DNA of 64,000 nt from the NCBI GenBank assembly GCA_018652685.1, contig JABIBQ010000066.1, positions 701-64,700 on the forward strand, written 5' to 3'. This stretch comes from Candidatus Bathyarchaeota archaeon. Its GTDB lineage: Archaea > Thermoproteota > Bathyarchaeia > TCS64. Positions 1-8,104 of this stretch are shown piece after piece; positions within the stretch are counted from its first letter, which is position 1, and each line of letters starts with the position of its first letter. Made by a program: the position numbers and the translations under genes. The notes beneath the pieces are model-generated. The model saw only the letters and a list, made by a program, of their open reading frames with translations, ran no database searches and was not told the DNA's origin.

Positions 1-84
1 TACCTCGAAGCCGTTTGCTGTAAGTACGCGGTGTACCAGTGCCTGAATGTCGGCCTCGTCTTCAACGATGAGAATCTTATTCAC
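1..84 (-). CDS. Response regulator receiver-domain protein, N-terminal part (runs off window start)
   Basis: Manual translation from GTG at 84: MNKILIVEDEADIQALVHRVLTANGFEV, the typical receiver beta1 'KILIVEDE' motif; not in ORF track. Confidence 0.8.
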   Translation of the reverse strand, partial: MNKILIVEDEADIQALVHRVLTANGFEV

Positions 85-253
85 ACAATCACTTCGTATC
101 CGATATTATTTAACTAATAGTATTGAATATATGGAAAAATCTCGTGATTGACCCCATTTGAGAATTACATTTATTGGGATGGAAAATTGTTAACATCTCT
201 TCCTATCACAAAAAGAACGCAAAGCGACCGCAAAACCGTAAATTGAAAATTAA

Positions 254-331
254 TGGCGAGCCCGGGGGGATTCGAACCCTCGTTCTCCGAATTAGAAGTC
301 CGGTGCCTTATCCTAGCTTGGCCACGGGCTC
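254..331 (-). tRNA. tRNA-Arg(UCU), CCA encoded
   Basis: GAGCCCG acceptor stem, anticodon arm CCGGA-CTTCTAA-TTCGG, T arm GAGGG-TTCGAAT-CCCCC, ends GCCA. Confidence 0.95.
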
Positions 332-412
332 TCCGCAGTGCTTAATCAGTATGTTCAATTTAAGAGTTTCATGGAGAACCTATAAAATGGTAAAAATGGG
401 TTTGGAGGGAGA

Positions 413-574
413 TTACTCTCTCTTCTTGAAGATAGTGTAGCCGCACTTTCCGCAGGCGTACCTGTCCTTGTGATCGGCCATGAAGTATCCGCGTCCGCAC
501 CTGTTGCAGAATGGGCGTTTTCTTTCAATCTTACCGTCCTTGATCTCATAGTGCTTGCCAATTGTGTCTGACAT
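413..574 (-). CDS. rps27ae: 30S ribosomal protein S27ae (eS31)
   Basis: Manual translation [53 protein letters not shown] (53 aa, C4 zinc ribbon), directly after rps24e; missed by ORF track. Confidence 0.95.
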   Translation of the reverse strand: MSDTIGKHYEIKDGKIERKRPFCNRCGRGYFMADHKDRYACGKCGYTIFKKRE

Positions 575-576
575 GA

Positions 577-930
577 TTATTCCTCCACAGGCTCCTCAGC
601 CGGTGCTTCCTCAGCTTCTGGCTCAGGTTCTGGCTCAGGCTCTGGCGCTGGTGGGACCGCATTCTGGTTCCTTTCGATAATGTACTTGGGCTCCACTATC
701 AGTGCCTGCGCGGGGTCATCATAGATGTGAGCCTTGCCCACTGATGTGTGTGTACCGCTCAGGGTCTTGATTTCCCTTACATATACTTGGTTGAGTTCAA
801 CCCGTAGCGCGACCGCAAGATCGATCTTCACCGCGCTCCTCGTGGGAGTGACAGGCTGCTCGACCTTGAACTCCACTTCCTGCCTGTTGAACAGGGGGTT
901 CTTCCAAACTGATGTTAAGTCTAGATTCAA
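577..930 (-). CDS. rps24e: 30S ribosomal protein S24e with acidic Pro/Glu tail
   Basis: NPLFNRQEV...TPTR...GKAHIYD...EPKYIIERN matches eS24; adjacent to rps27ae. Confidence 0.9.
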   Translation of the reverse strand: MNLDLTSVWKNPLFNRQEVEFKVEQPVTPTRSAVKIDLAVALRVELNQVYVREIKTLSGTHTSVGKAHIYDDPAQALIVEPKYIIERNQNAVPPAPEPEPEPEPEAEEAPAEEPVEE

Positions 931-961
931 TGTCTTTTCCTCGTTTTACGTAAAAGTCCAC

Positions 962-1069
962 GGTCAACCTTCTCCGTCTCCTCTGTCGGGGCCTTTCGGC
1001 CCGGCCTTCACCGGTTGCCCTTGGGCAATTTCTAGAGCCGGTTGGCGTATGCCATGCTGAGGAATGACC
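962..1069 (-). ncRNA. Candidate structured RNA / 5' leader upstream of rps24e
   Basis: Nested complementary segments GGTCA/TGACC, TTCCTC/GAGGAG, TGGC-ATAC-GCCA, ACCGG/CCGGT, TTGCC-CAAG-GGCAA, GGGCC-GAAA-GGCCC; TATA-like CTTAAAAA at 1115-1108. Confidence 0.5.
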
Positions 1070-1131
1070 AATGATTCTCTTATCAGCAACAAACAACCCT
1101 GAGCCTGTTTTTAAGGGTTACCAAAACCTGA

Positions 1132-2136
1132 TTAGACGTACCCCGTGGGCTCGCCAACGGTACAGAGTGAGTACACAGTGTCAGTTGGGTAGACAAGCCT
1201 CCTTGGAAGCATCTCGTGGACCATCGCATCGAGGGGGCTAATGACCTCCTTAATAACAGAGTTATCGAGTTCGGTGATTTTCCCTATCACTTGGCCTTTC
1301 TTAACCTTGTCACCCTGATCGTGATACGCGTGGAATATCCCAGAGGCGCCCGCTTTGACCTTTTCACCGTCGTGGATAAAACGCTGTGATGGTGGTTTGA
1401 CGGGCGGTCCTTCCATCATATCCAGATGCTTCATCAGGTTATACACACCCTCGATATGGAGCTGGATGAAATGCTCAAGGGGCTGGGTCCTGTACCCTAA
1501 TCCGCTCTCGCTGATTATGCTGGGGACGCCCCGCTTGACCGTCTCATAGATGAGGGTCCCCGCGCTGTTTGTAGAGGGGCGCGGAAGGGTGAACATCATA
1601 CCGAAAACGTTGGCCAGCTCAATACACCTCTGGTCAAGTTCTCCTCCTGTGACTGAGGTGATAGTGTGCTCCACGTGGGACTCGTGAAGGTCCCCTCCCC
1701 TGAAATCAACGTGAACATCTGAACTCAAAATGTAATCATGCAACAAGCGGAAGGCAAGGACGTCACTGGGAGAGCCGTTTTCTTCACCCGGAAAACACCT
1801 GTTCAGGTGCTTGCCGTCAAAGGGCGTAAACGAGTTCTGGACCTGGTACCAAGGCGTTCTGTGCTGGAGGCACATCATGTTGACCACGGGTATGACCACT
1901 ACCGTGCCCTTGGTCTCCGCTGGATCAATTGACGAGTACAGCCGCGATGCTGCCTCGACCCCGCAGAACTCGTTTGCCAACAGACCGCCGGTTATCGTGA
2001 GGGTTGGCCCGTCCTCCTTTCCCTTGATTATCCCAACGGGGAGAATGATCTCAGATGAAAGGTCTTTCAGTAACGTCTTATACCCGAACGCTTTCTCACC
2101 CACCACTATCTGCGATGGGTCACCATGAAATGCCAT
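1132..2136 (-). CDS. Succinylglutamate desuccinylase/aspartoacylase family protein (M14-like) with C-terminal barrel-sandwich hybrid domain
   Basis: GPTLTITGG..NE..G, VIPVVN, LNRCFPG, SESG motifs; GDKVKKGQVIGKI domain. Confidence 0.85.
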   Translation of the reverse strand: MAFHGDPSQIVVGEKAFGYKTLLKDLSSEIILPVGIIKGKEDGPTLTITGGLLANEFCGVEAASRLYSSIDPAETKGTVVVIPVVNMMCLQHRTPWYQVQNSFTPFDGKHLNRCFPGEENGSPSDVLAFRLLHDYILSSDVHVDFRGGDLHESHVEHTITSVTGGELDQRCIELANVFGMMFTLPRPSTNSAGTLIYETVKRGVPSIISESGLGYRTQPLEHFIQLHIEGVYNLMKHLDMMEGPPVKPPSQRFIHDGEKVKAGASGIFHAYHDQGDKVKKGQVIGKITELDNSVIKEVISPLDAMVHEMLPRRLVYPTDTVYSLCTVGEPTGYV

Positions 2137-2172
2137 GGCTATACGTGAGCCATTGTAATCAAAAAAACTTTG

Positions 2173-2655
2173 TCAGGCGTCCTGCATGGATGCCATGAAA
2201 TCCCTTGCCCAGACCTTCTTCTCCTCGGTAAGGGTGATTACAACCATCCCCTCCCGGGGCTGGCCGTATACTATCACTGACCCTTCGGGCAGGTATGCCA
2301 TCAGTGGCAACACGAGAAGGTCCTCCTCACCGTCCGCCACGAGTCTGAACCCGTTAGTATGCTCAAGTGCTCCATACAGCGCCCTCTGAGATTCGGCTGT
2401 TATGGTCCCTGGGGGGTTATCCACTGACTCATGATCGCATTTGAACTCAATAGGATCGACATCCCGCCTCATAATCTTGTGATCAACCACGGCTATCTCG
2501 GGGTGTATCCCAGCCTCAAGAATGTTTGATGTCACGTAATCGCCCACAGTTGCAAAATATGGAGGTTTGTCCTTCTCAAGGAATACCTTGAGACGCTTCA
2601 CGTTCTCAGAAATATCTGCGGCCCACAGCTCACCCAGCGGGTCTTTTAGCTCCAT
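2173..2655 (-). CDS. GTP-dependent dephospho-CoA kinase (DUF359 family); true start may lie slightly upstream
   Basis: TVGD.VT, VVDHKIMR, NPPGTIT, DGEEDLL.LP, VYGQP.EG motifs; conserved position after spt4. Confidence 0.9.
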   Translation of the reverse strand: MELKDPLGELWAADISENVKRLKVFLEKDKPPYFATVGDYVTSNILEAGIHPEIAVVDHKIMRRDVDPIEFKCDHESVDNPPGTITAESQRALYGALEHTNGFRLVADGEEDLLVLPLMAYLPEGSVIVYGQPREGMVVITLTEEKKVWARDFMASMQDA

Positions 2656-2714
2656 CCGTTTCTCTCTTTGAAGGACTAGGTTCCTAAACTCAAGAGTTCG
2701 CGTAGGCGTCGCCT

Positions 2715-2894
2715 CTATCTGATCTTTAGGGCGTAATTACCCTGATCTTTTGTGTCCAGCTTTTCGGCAAGGATGCTGTTCTCTGGGTCAAGTACCACAA
2801 GAAGTCCGCTATAGTCGTCGCTGAACTCTGTGTTCTTACACACGGGACAGACTGGCACATCGTTTATGTTCTTGCAGTGCCTGCAAGCCCTCAT
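2715..2894 (-). CDS. spt4: Transcription elongation factor Spt4 (RpoE'')
   Basis: Manual translation MRACRHCKNINDVPVCPVCKNTEFSDDYSGLLVVLDPENSILAEKLDTKDQGNYALKIR; ATGA overlap with rpo7 stop; missed by ORF track. Confidence 0.95.
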   Translation of the reverse strand: MRACRHCKNINDVPVCPVCKNTEFSDDYSGLLVVLDPENSILAEKLDTKDQGNYALKIR

Positions 2895-3463
2895 TCAGAT
2901 TTCTCCTCCGGTTTAGCTCCGCCGGTCAGATCGTCGTTGATCCAGTTCATCTTGCCAAGCATTGGCTGTCTCGCCGTGACCCCGATCTTGCCGCTGCTGC
3001 GTCCCCTCGGGAAGCTTACAGCTACGATTCTTACCCTGAACAGGTCTCCTCTGCTGATTGTCCTGCCGCTCTCCTTTCCAAGGAGTATGCCCTGACGCTC
3101 ATCATAGCTGATGAAATCGTCCATGAGCTGGCTAACGTGGAGAAGTGCGTCTACTGGCCCGATCCTGAGGAATGTACCAAAGTCTGCGACCTCAACTACT
3201 TCTCCCTCAATGACTTCCTGGAGTTGCGGGAAGAACGCTAGTATATCGAATGAAACCGGGTGATGGGTCCCACCGTCTCCTGGGATAATCCTACCGTATG
3301 GGTTAACCTCTAAGTGAATAACGCTGATGATATAGCCAAGTTCCTCATCTACCAGTCCCTCATACTTGCTGCGAAGCTCAGAATAGGCTGCCTCTTGAAG
3401 TGGTTCACCGAACCTCTTCGGGTCGATGCGTATCGTATCCTTTAGTGTTATGAGGTTAAACAT
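2891..3463 (-). CDS. rpoE1: DNA-directed RNA polymerase subunit Rpo7 (E')
   Basis: GRIIPGDGG, EVIEGEVVEVADFG.F..IGPVDALLHVSQ (S1 domain), RQP.LGK. Confidence 0.97.
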   Translation of the reverse strand: MFNLITLKDTIRIDPKRFGEPLQEAAYSELRSKYEGLVDEELGYIISVIHLEVNPYGRIIPGDGGTHHPVSFDILAFFPQLQEVIEGEVVEVADFGTFLRIGPVDALLHVSQLMDDFISYDERQGILLGKESGRTISRGDLFRVRIVAVSFPRGRSSGKIGVTARQPMLGKMNWINDDLTGGAKPEEKSE

Positions 3464-3514
3464 GGCTTCGCCTCGTCTATACAGATTGGGTTGATAAAAA
3501 CATTATTGATTTTA

Positions 3515-4240
3515 TCATATCTCTATGAGCACCTCGAAACTATACTTGCTGATTATGTTTCCGAGATACTCTTTCCATTCATCGCCTACCGTGACTAGTA
3601 CATAGATGCCCGCGATGTCCGCGCGTTGGTTCCGGACCAGGTCAACGAGAGCTTGAACAGTCTCCCCACTCCTCACTACATCGTCAATGATGAGGATGCT
3701 GTCCTTCTTCCTGATGCTAGTCTTTGGAACATAGAGGGTCTTCCTTGTGGCACTTCCACGGGGGATAAACGTCTCCTCTATGAACTCGTTGATACCGACC
3801 TCCTTGTTGTCCTTGGCGATGATGAGGTCGATGTCCAATAGATTCGCGACAAGCGTGGAGACTGGGATGCCGTCCACGGCTGCCGTCAAAATCTTTGTGA
3901 CCCGCCTGCCAGCGAATTTTTCCATGGCGTAATTGCTCATAATCTTGAGCCATGTGATCTCGCTGACCAAAGGTGTGTTATCAAAATAGCCGTCCTCGTC
4001 AAACATTATACGTTTCTTGAGGGCGTCCTTGATGTTTGTGATCTCAGTGAGTAATTCGTATAGTCCTTGTGCTCGTTGATAACTGGGGAGGACGTGTCCA
4101 CGCATATAGCGGCTTAAAATCGGTGGGCTCAAGCCCAGCATATCGCTGAGCTCTTGGTAGGTGTGTGTCTCACTTGCTACTTTGAGCAAGTCTGTGATCA
4201 TCATGCGATACTTTAATTCCCTAACTCTTGTCTCAGCCAT
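3515..4240 (-). CDS. HTH-phosphoribosyltransferase fusion (PurR-like putative regulator)
   Basis: N-terminal HTH (TYQELSDMLGLSPPILSRYMRGHVLPS) plus PRPP-binding loop ILIIDDVVRSGET. Confidence 0.85.
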   Translation of the reverse strand: MAETRVRELKYRMMITDLLKVASETHTYQELSDMLGLSPPILSRYMRGHVLPSYQRAQGLYELLTEITNIKDALKKRIMFDEDGYFDNTPLVSEITWLKIMSNYAMEKFAGRRVTKILTAAVDGIPVSTLVANLLDIDLIIAKDNKEVGINEFIEETFIPRGSATRKTLYVPKTSIRKKDSILIIDDVVRSGETVQALVDLVRNQRADIAGIYVLVTVGDEWKEYLGNIISKYSFEVLIEI

Positions 4241-4261
4241 CTCTTCCCCTTCCCTTGAATG

Positions 4262-4358
4262 TGGCGGGCCTGAAGGGATTCGAACCCTTGGCCAACGGCT
4301 TTCTTTGACCGTCGTGGTCTTAAAAGGCCGATGCTCTACCTTGCTGAGCTACAGGCCC
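4262..4358 (-). tRNA. tRNA-Lys(UUU) with 20-nt intron (4301-4320) at canonical 37/38, CCA encoded
   Basis: Bulge-helix-bulge GGC-CTTT-TAA-GACC...GGTC-AAAG-AAA-GCC; spliced loop CTTTTAA; T arm AAGGG-TTCGAAT-CCCTT. Confidence 0.93.
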
Positions 4359-4631
4359 ATTCTTTCAAGACGATTACCAATTTACATCAACAAGCTATTT
4401 AACTGTTGTTCGTATTGCCTCGTTTGTTAATATATGTATGAATAACGCAAAAAAGAGCCTTAATTAGGACAAAATGGGCTACATTCGAAGGTTTTCATGC
4501 AAGCGTTTAGAATAAAAAGAGTCTGCCAAAAAGGGGTAACACCGCCACTAGTTTCATAAAAACAAGCACATGTAATGCGCATAAATATCCTAAGTTTTAT
4601 TAAAAGGAGGTGCATCAATCGTGTTACCCAT

Positions 4632-4705
4632 GCGACTATGGTCTAATGGTATGATCTCAGCTTCCCAAGCTGATGACCCGGGTTCGATTCCCGGTAGTCG
4701 CACCA
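4632..4705 (+). tRNA. tRNA-Gly(CCC), CCA encoded
   Basis: GCGACTA/TAGTCGC acceptor stem, anticodon arm TCAGC-TTCCCAA-GCTGA, T arm CCGGG-TTCGATT-CCCGG. Confidence 0.96.
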
Positions 4706-4892
4706 TCACTTTCTCAAAAAAAATAAAATAGGGATTGGACGATTCTGGAGCAGCGCTCACTGTGTCCAAACTGGGGAGGAATATTAATTTGATCTAGAGG
4801 TATAATCGCGGGTACTACCACAGCTGTGAGAAAGACCCCTTGTTTTCCCTATGTTTTATTAATTTCAATACACCTGAGAGTTTGAGAATACT

Positions 4893-5522
4893 ATGCCATT
4901 CTGTAGTAACTGTGGTTCACAGGTCACTGAGGGACACAAGTTCTGTAATAATTGCGGAAACCCCTTGCAGGCCTCAGCACCCCAACCGGAACCACAATAT
5001 ACAGCACCACCGCCAATTCAGCAACCGGTGCAGCCAACTTACACGCCACAGCCGATACCTCAAGGTGAGCAAGTAACCGGCCTCATAGAACAATGCAAGT
5101 ATGGTTTTCCCGTGAATACATTCACTCTGTTCATGACAGACAGGAGGATTATCGTGGCGAAAACGGGAGGTCTCGGTGCAAACTTCACCTCAGCGGGAGC
5201 GGCGGGCGGTGGACTCATCGGCGGACTTATTGGGGCTGGCCTTGACGCGCGTTCATCCGGAGGGATGTCAAAGAAGACGGCCGAGTATTATTCCATGACA
5301 CCTGACCAGATTCTTGCTAAGGACAAGAAGAACTTTGAGATCCACTATGCAAGCGTACAGAGCGTCGAACTGAAGCAGCCTGGGTTCATAGGGCAAGGCG
5401 AGATCAAGTTCAAGACAGCTGGAAAGGACAAGAGGTTCATGTTGGACACATCAAAGGAGATTTTCAACACATACATGGCCTCCCTGCAACAGGCGCTACC
5501 CGGAAGGGTCTTCCTGAAGTAA
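4893..5522 (+). CDS. Zinc-ribbon protein with Pro/Gln linker, glycine-rich hydrophobic segment and PH-like C-terminal region
   Basis: FCSNCG..FCNNCG; P/Q-rich linker; LFMTDRRII strand motif; GGGLIGGLIGA. Confidence 0.7.
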   Translation: MPFCSNCGSQVTEGHKFCNNCGNPLQASAPQPEPQYTAPPPIQQPVQPTYTPQPIPQGEQVTGLIEQCKYGFPVNTFTLFMTDRRIIVAKTGGLGANFTSAGAAGGGLIGGLIGAGLDARSSGGMSKKTAEYYSMTPDQILAKDKKNFEIHYASVQSVELKQPGFIGQGEIKFKTAGKDKRFMLDTSKEIFNTYMASLQQALPGRVFLK

Positions 5523-5612
5523 TCTTCCCCAAACTTTTCTATTTCAAATACCTATATTTGTCGGAATAAATAGACCAAAGTCTATTACGCTAGCGATATG
5601 TTTTAATTAGAC

Positions 5613-5963
5613 GTGAGTGAATCAATAACTATGCAATACTGTAGAAAATGCGGAAAAGAGCAAGCAGAAGACGCGAGGTACTGCGCTCAGTGCGGAACAG
5701 GCATCAGGGGCACTCAGTGGGAGGACATCAACGTCGCAGCAGACGACCTGCTATCCAAGGTAAAGGATCTCATCAAGGAAGGAAATGTGACAAGAATCAT
5801 CGTGCTCAACGAGCAGGAGAGGCAGCTGTTTGAGATCCCCATGACAATCGCGGCCGTGGGAACATTGATAGCCCCCCAGCTTGCGGCACTCGGAGTTATC
5901 GCGGCTCTCGTAACTCGGCCAATTATCAGGATCGAGAAACGAATTCCCGTCGAAGAGGAGTAA
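5613..5963 (+). CDS. Zinc-ribbon + DUF4342-like protein
   Basis: YCRKCG..YCAQCG; KVKDLIKEGNVTRIIV...EIP.T...LAALGVIAAL. Confidence 0.8.
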   Translation: MSESITMQYCRKCGKEQAEDARYCAQCGTGIRGTQWEDINVAADDLLSKVKDLIKEGNVTRIIVLNEQERQLFEIPMTIAAVGTLIAPQLAALGVIAALVTRPIIRIEKRIPVEEE

Positions 5964-6004
5964 CACCCGTCACCCATTTATTTCCCCCACCCATTACCTA
6001 TTTT

Positions 6005-6760
6005 ATGCCAATTCAGATTATCCCGCTGAGAGGGATGCCCATTGTCCAACCAGGGGACGATTTAGTCAAGCTTACTCTCGAATCACTGGAGTCGATGGGA
6101 ATGAGCCCGGATGACAAGGACGTCTACGTGTACAGCCATGTCATTATCTCCCGGTCAGAGGGAAAATTGGTTGATCTGAATGACGTCGAGCCAAGCAGAG
6201 CGGCCCGAAATTTCGCGGAGTTCACGGGCAAGGACCCGAAAGTCGTTGAGGTGGTCCTCAGCGAGTCCAGGGCTATTAGGAGAATGGCTCCTGGTGCGAT
6301 CATAGCCGAGACAAAGCAAGGTTTCGTCTGTGCAAACGCCGGAGTTGACAAGTCAAATGTTCCAGGTGAGACAATAGTCGCCCCACTACCGGATGACGCC
6401 GATGAGTCAGCAACCGCCATTAGGAAAATAATCAAAGAACGAAGCGGCTGCGATGTCGGAGTTATTGTCTGTGATACGCATGGACGCGCCCACAGGGACG
6501 GAGAAATCAACGTTACAATAGGGGCATCCGGTTTTGAGGTCATAAAGGATAGGCGCGGAGAAATAGATCTGTTCGGTTATGAATTAAAGGTCAAGAGAAC
6601 CGCGGTCGCCGATGAACTGGCATCTGCCGCCGAGTTGGTTATCGGTCAGAGCAATGAGGCGGTCCCTGCTGCGTTGATTAGGGGATATGATATCGAGCTT
6701 TCTGAGGAGAGCAACGCGAGTCAGCTAGTCAGACCCAGGGAGAAGGACCTTTTCATATAA
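6005..6760 (+). CDS. cofE: Coenzyme F420-0:L-glutamate ligase
   Basis: P.VQPGDDL, GFVCANAGVDKSN, DTHGR..R.G, DLFGYEL, AVADELASAA.LV.GQ. Confidence 0.93.
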   Translation: MPIQIIPLRGMPIVQPGDDLVKLTLESLESMGMSPDDKDVYVYSHVIISRSEGKLVDLNDVEPSRAARNFAEFTGKDPKVVEVVLSESRAIRRMAPGAIIAETKQGFVCANAGVDKSNVPGETIVAPLPDDADESATAIRKIIKERSGCDVGVIVCDTHGRAHRDGEINVTIGASGFEVIKDRRGEIDLFGYELKVKRTAVADELASAAELVIGQSNEAVPAALIRGYDIELSEESNASQLVRPREKDLFI

Positions 6761-6982
6761 ACAGAAATGATAAATGGCCTCAAATTATTGCACGTTTGCG
6801 ACAACAACATGACATTCCCGTTAAAAGATGTTGAAATAATCCCGTCAAGATTTCCATTGTCCCATATCAATGTAACATTATTAACTTGTTTGAGTTAAAA
6901 AACACGCCAATAATAGGCTGTACACACCGTTCGTTGACCAAAACGGGCAACTCAGATTGTATATACTGTCATTACGTATGTT

Positions 6983-7118
6983 AGTTTGCCCGAGTGGGAG
7001 CGGAAGACCGCCGAAGAAGCGAATGGCGGAAAGCTCGCAGAATCACGGGGATGGGCTTCAAAGAACATGGCTTTGGCTATGGAAACTTCATCCCTCTGGT
7101 GAGAACACTCGGGCAACT
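6983..7118 (+). ncRNA. Candidate stand-alone structured ncRNA (~135 nt)
   Basis: Terminal stem TTGCCCGAGTG/CACTCGGGCAA enclosing two long hairpins; TATA-like TTGTATATA at 6957-6965; T-run just downstream; GC-rich island within an AT-rich spacer. Confidence 0.55.
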
Positions 7119-7329
7119 CACGTTTTAAGAAAAATAACAGCGATTTTCGTACGCATTCATATTTACGATTCCCACAATATCCAGCAACTAATAGGTTTCG
7201 TTTTCATTATCACAGGGGATTCAAAATGACTCAATAACCTATTGAATCTATATAGAATATCCCTAAATAACTGGTTTCTATAGATATATACAGTCGGAAA
7301 AGATTGTACAAAGAGGTAAAGATAAAACA

Positions 7330-8103
7330 ATGTGGTTTACGATAGGAGCGATCCTAGTAGTTTTAGCAACGTTCGTCCTTCCAGCGTTCTACATAGTCCC
7401 TCAGTGGGAGAAAGCAGCGATAGTGAGGTTCGGAAGCATCGAGAAAATCATGGGAACCGGCCTACACTTCAGAGTCCCACTCATAGACACGATTATGCGC
7501 GTCGATATCAGGACTCAGACCATTGATCTGATGGGGCAGCAGGCCATCACAAGGGACAACATCAGTGTCATCATCGACGCTGTAGTCTTCATGCGGATAG
7601 AGGACCCCGAGAGGCTCATACTGGGCATCCAGGATTACCGCGTAGCGGTAAGCAAGTACGCCCAGACGGCCATCAGGAACATCATCGGAACCTACAACCT
7701 GGATGACCTGCTTGAGAGCAGGGAGGAGGTTGCAGGGAGGCTCAAGGAGGAGATCGATCTCCTGGTCAAGGACTGGGGTATCGATATCACTCGCGCGGGC
7801 CTACAGGACATCAGCCTGCCCGTCGACATGAAGCGGGCCTTCGCCGTTCAGGCCGAGGCCGAGCGTGAGTCGAGGGCTATCCAGATCAAGGCCAACGCCG
7901 AGCTTGAGGCAAGCCATAAGCTGAGGGAGGCGGCCTTGAACATGGGTGATCCCAACGCGATGCAGCTGCGTGTGCTAAGTACACTGAATGACATCAGCAA
8001 GGACCAAAGCAACACCATCATCCTGGCGCTGCCCCTTGAGACAATGGGCTCGATTGGAATACAGGGCGTCGCATCGCTGGCGGCCATCAAGAAAAAAGAG
8101 TAA
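7330..8103 (+). CDS. SPFH/band-7 (stomatin-like) membrane protein
   Basis: N-terminal TM, RFG...GLHF.VP.ID, ITRDN.S..IDAVV, QAEAERE.RA, AMQLR.L.TL. Confidence 0.93.
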   Translation: MWFTIGAILVVLATFVLPAFYIVPQWEKAAIVRFGSIEKIMGTGLHFRVPLIDTIMRVDIRTQTIDLMGQQAITRDNISVIIDAVVFMRIEDPERLILGIQDYRVAVSKYAQTAIRNIIGTYNLDDLLESREEVAGRLKEEIDLLVKDWGIDITRAGLQDISLPVDMKRAFAVQAEAERESRAIQIKANAELEASHKLREAALNMGDPNAMQLRVLSTLNDISKDQSNTIILALPLETMGSIGIQGVASLAAIKKKE

Positions 8104-8104
8104 T

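Noticed and set aside
962..1069. FMN-riboswitch-like words (CCGGTGAA..CCGG, CCGACAG, GGAGAAG) in the rps24e leader
   Set aside because: The AGGGCAGGGTGAAATTCCC-type P2 and the T-loop motifs are missing, and the downstream genes are unrelated to flavin.
4534..4629. 9-bp inverted repeat GGGTAACAC/GTGTTACCC in the divergent tRNA-Lys/tRNA-Gly promoter region
   Set aside because: A single short IR with a long AT-rich spacer, no internal structure and no target duplication; could be chance.
254..4705. Three tRNA genes as possible integration sites for a mobile element
   Set aside because: No integrase, and I did not notice a duplicated tRNA 3' end (att site) in the window.
6996..7103. Glycine-riboswitch-like words (CCGAAGAAG, CTCTGGTGAG) in the ncRNA candidate
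   Set aside because: The required P3 pairing and CUCUCAGG-type segment are not satisfied, and an alternative CCGCC/GGCGG helix fits better; not called a riboswitch.
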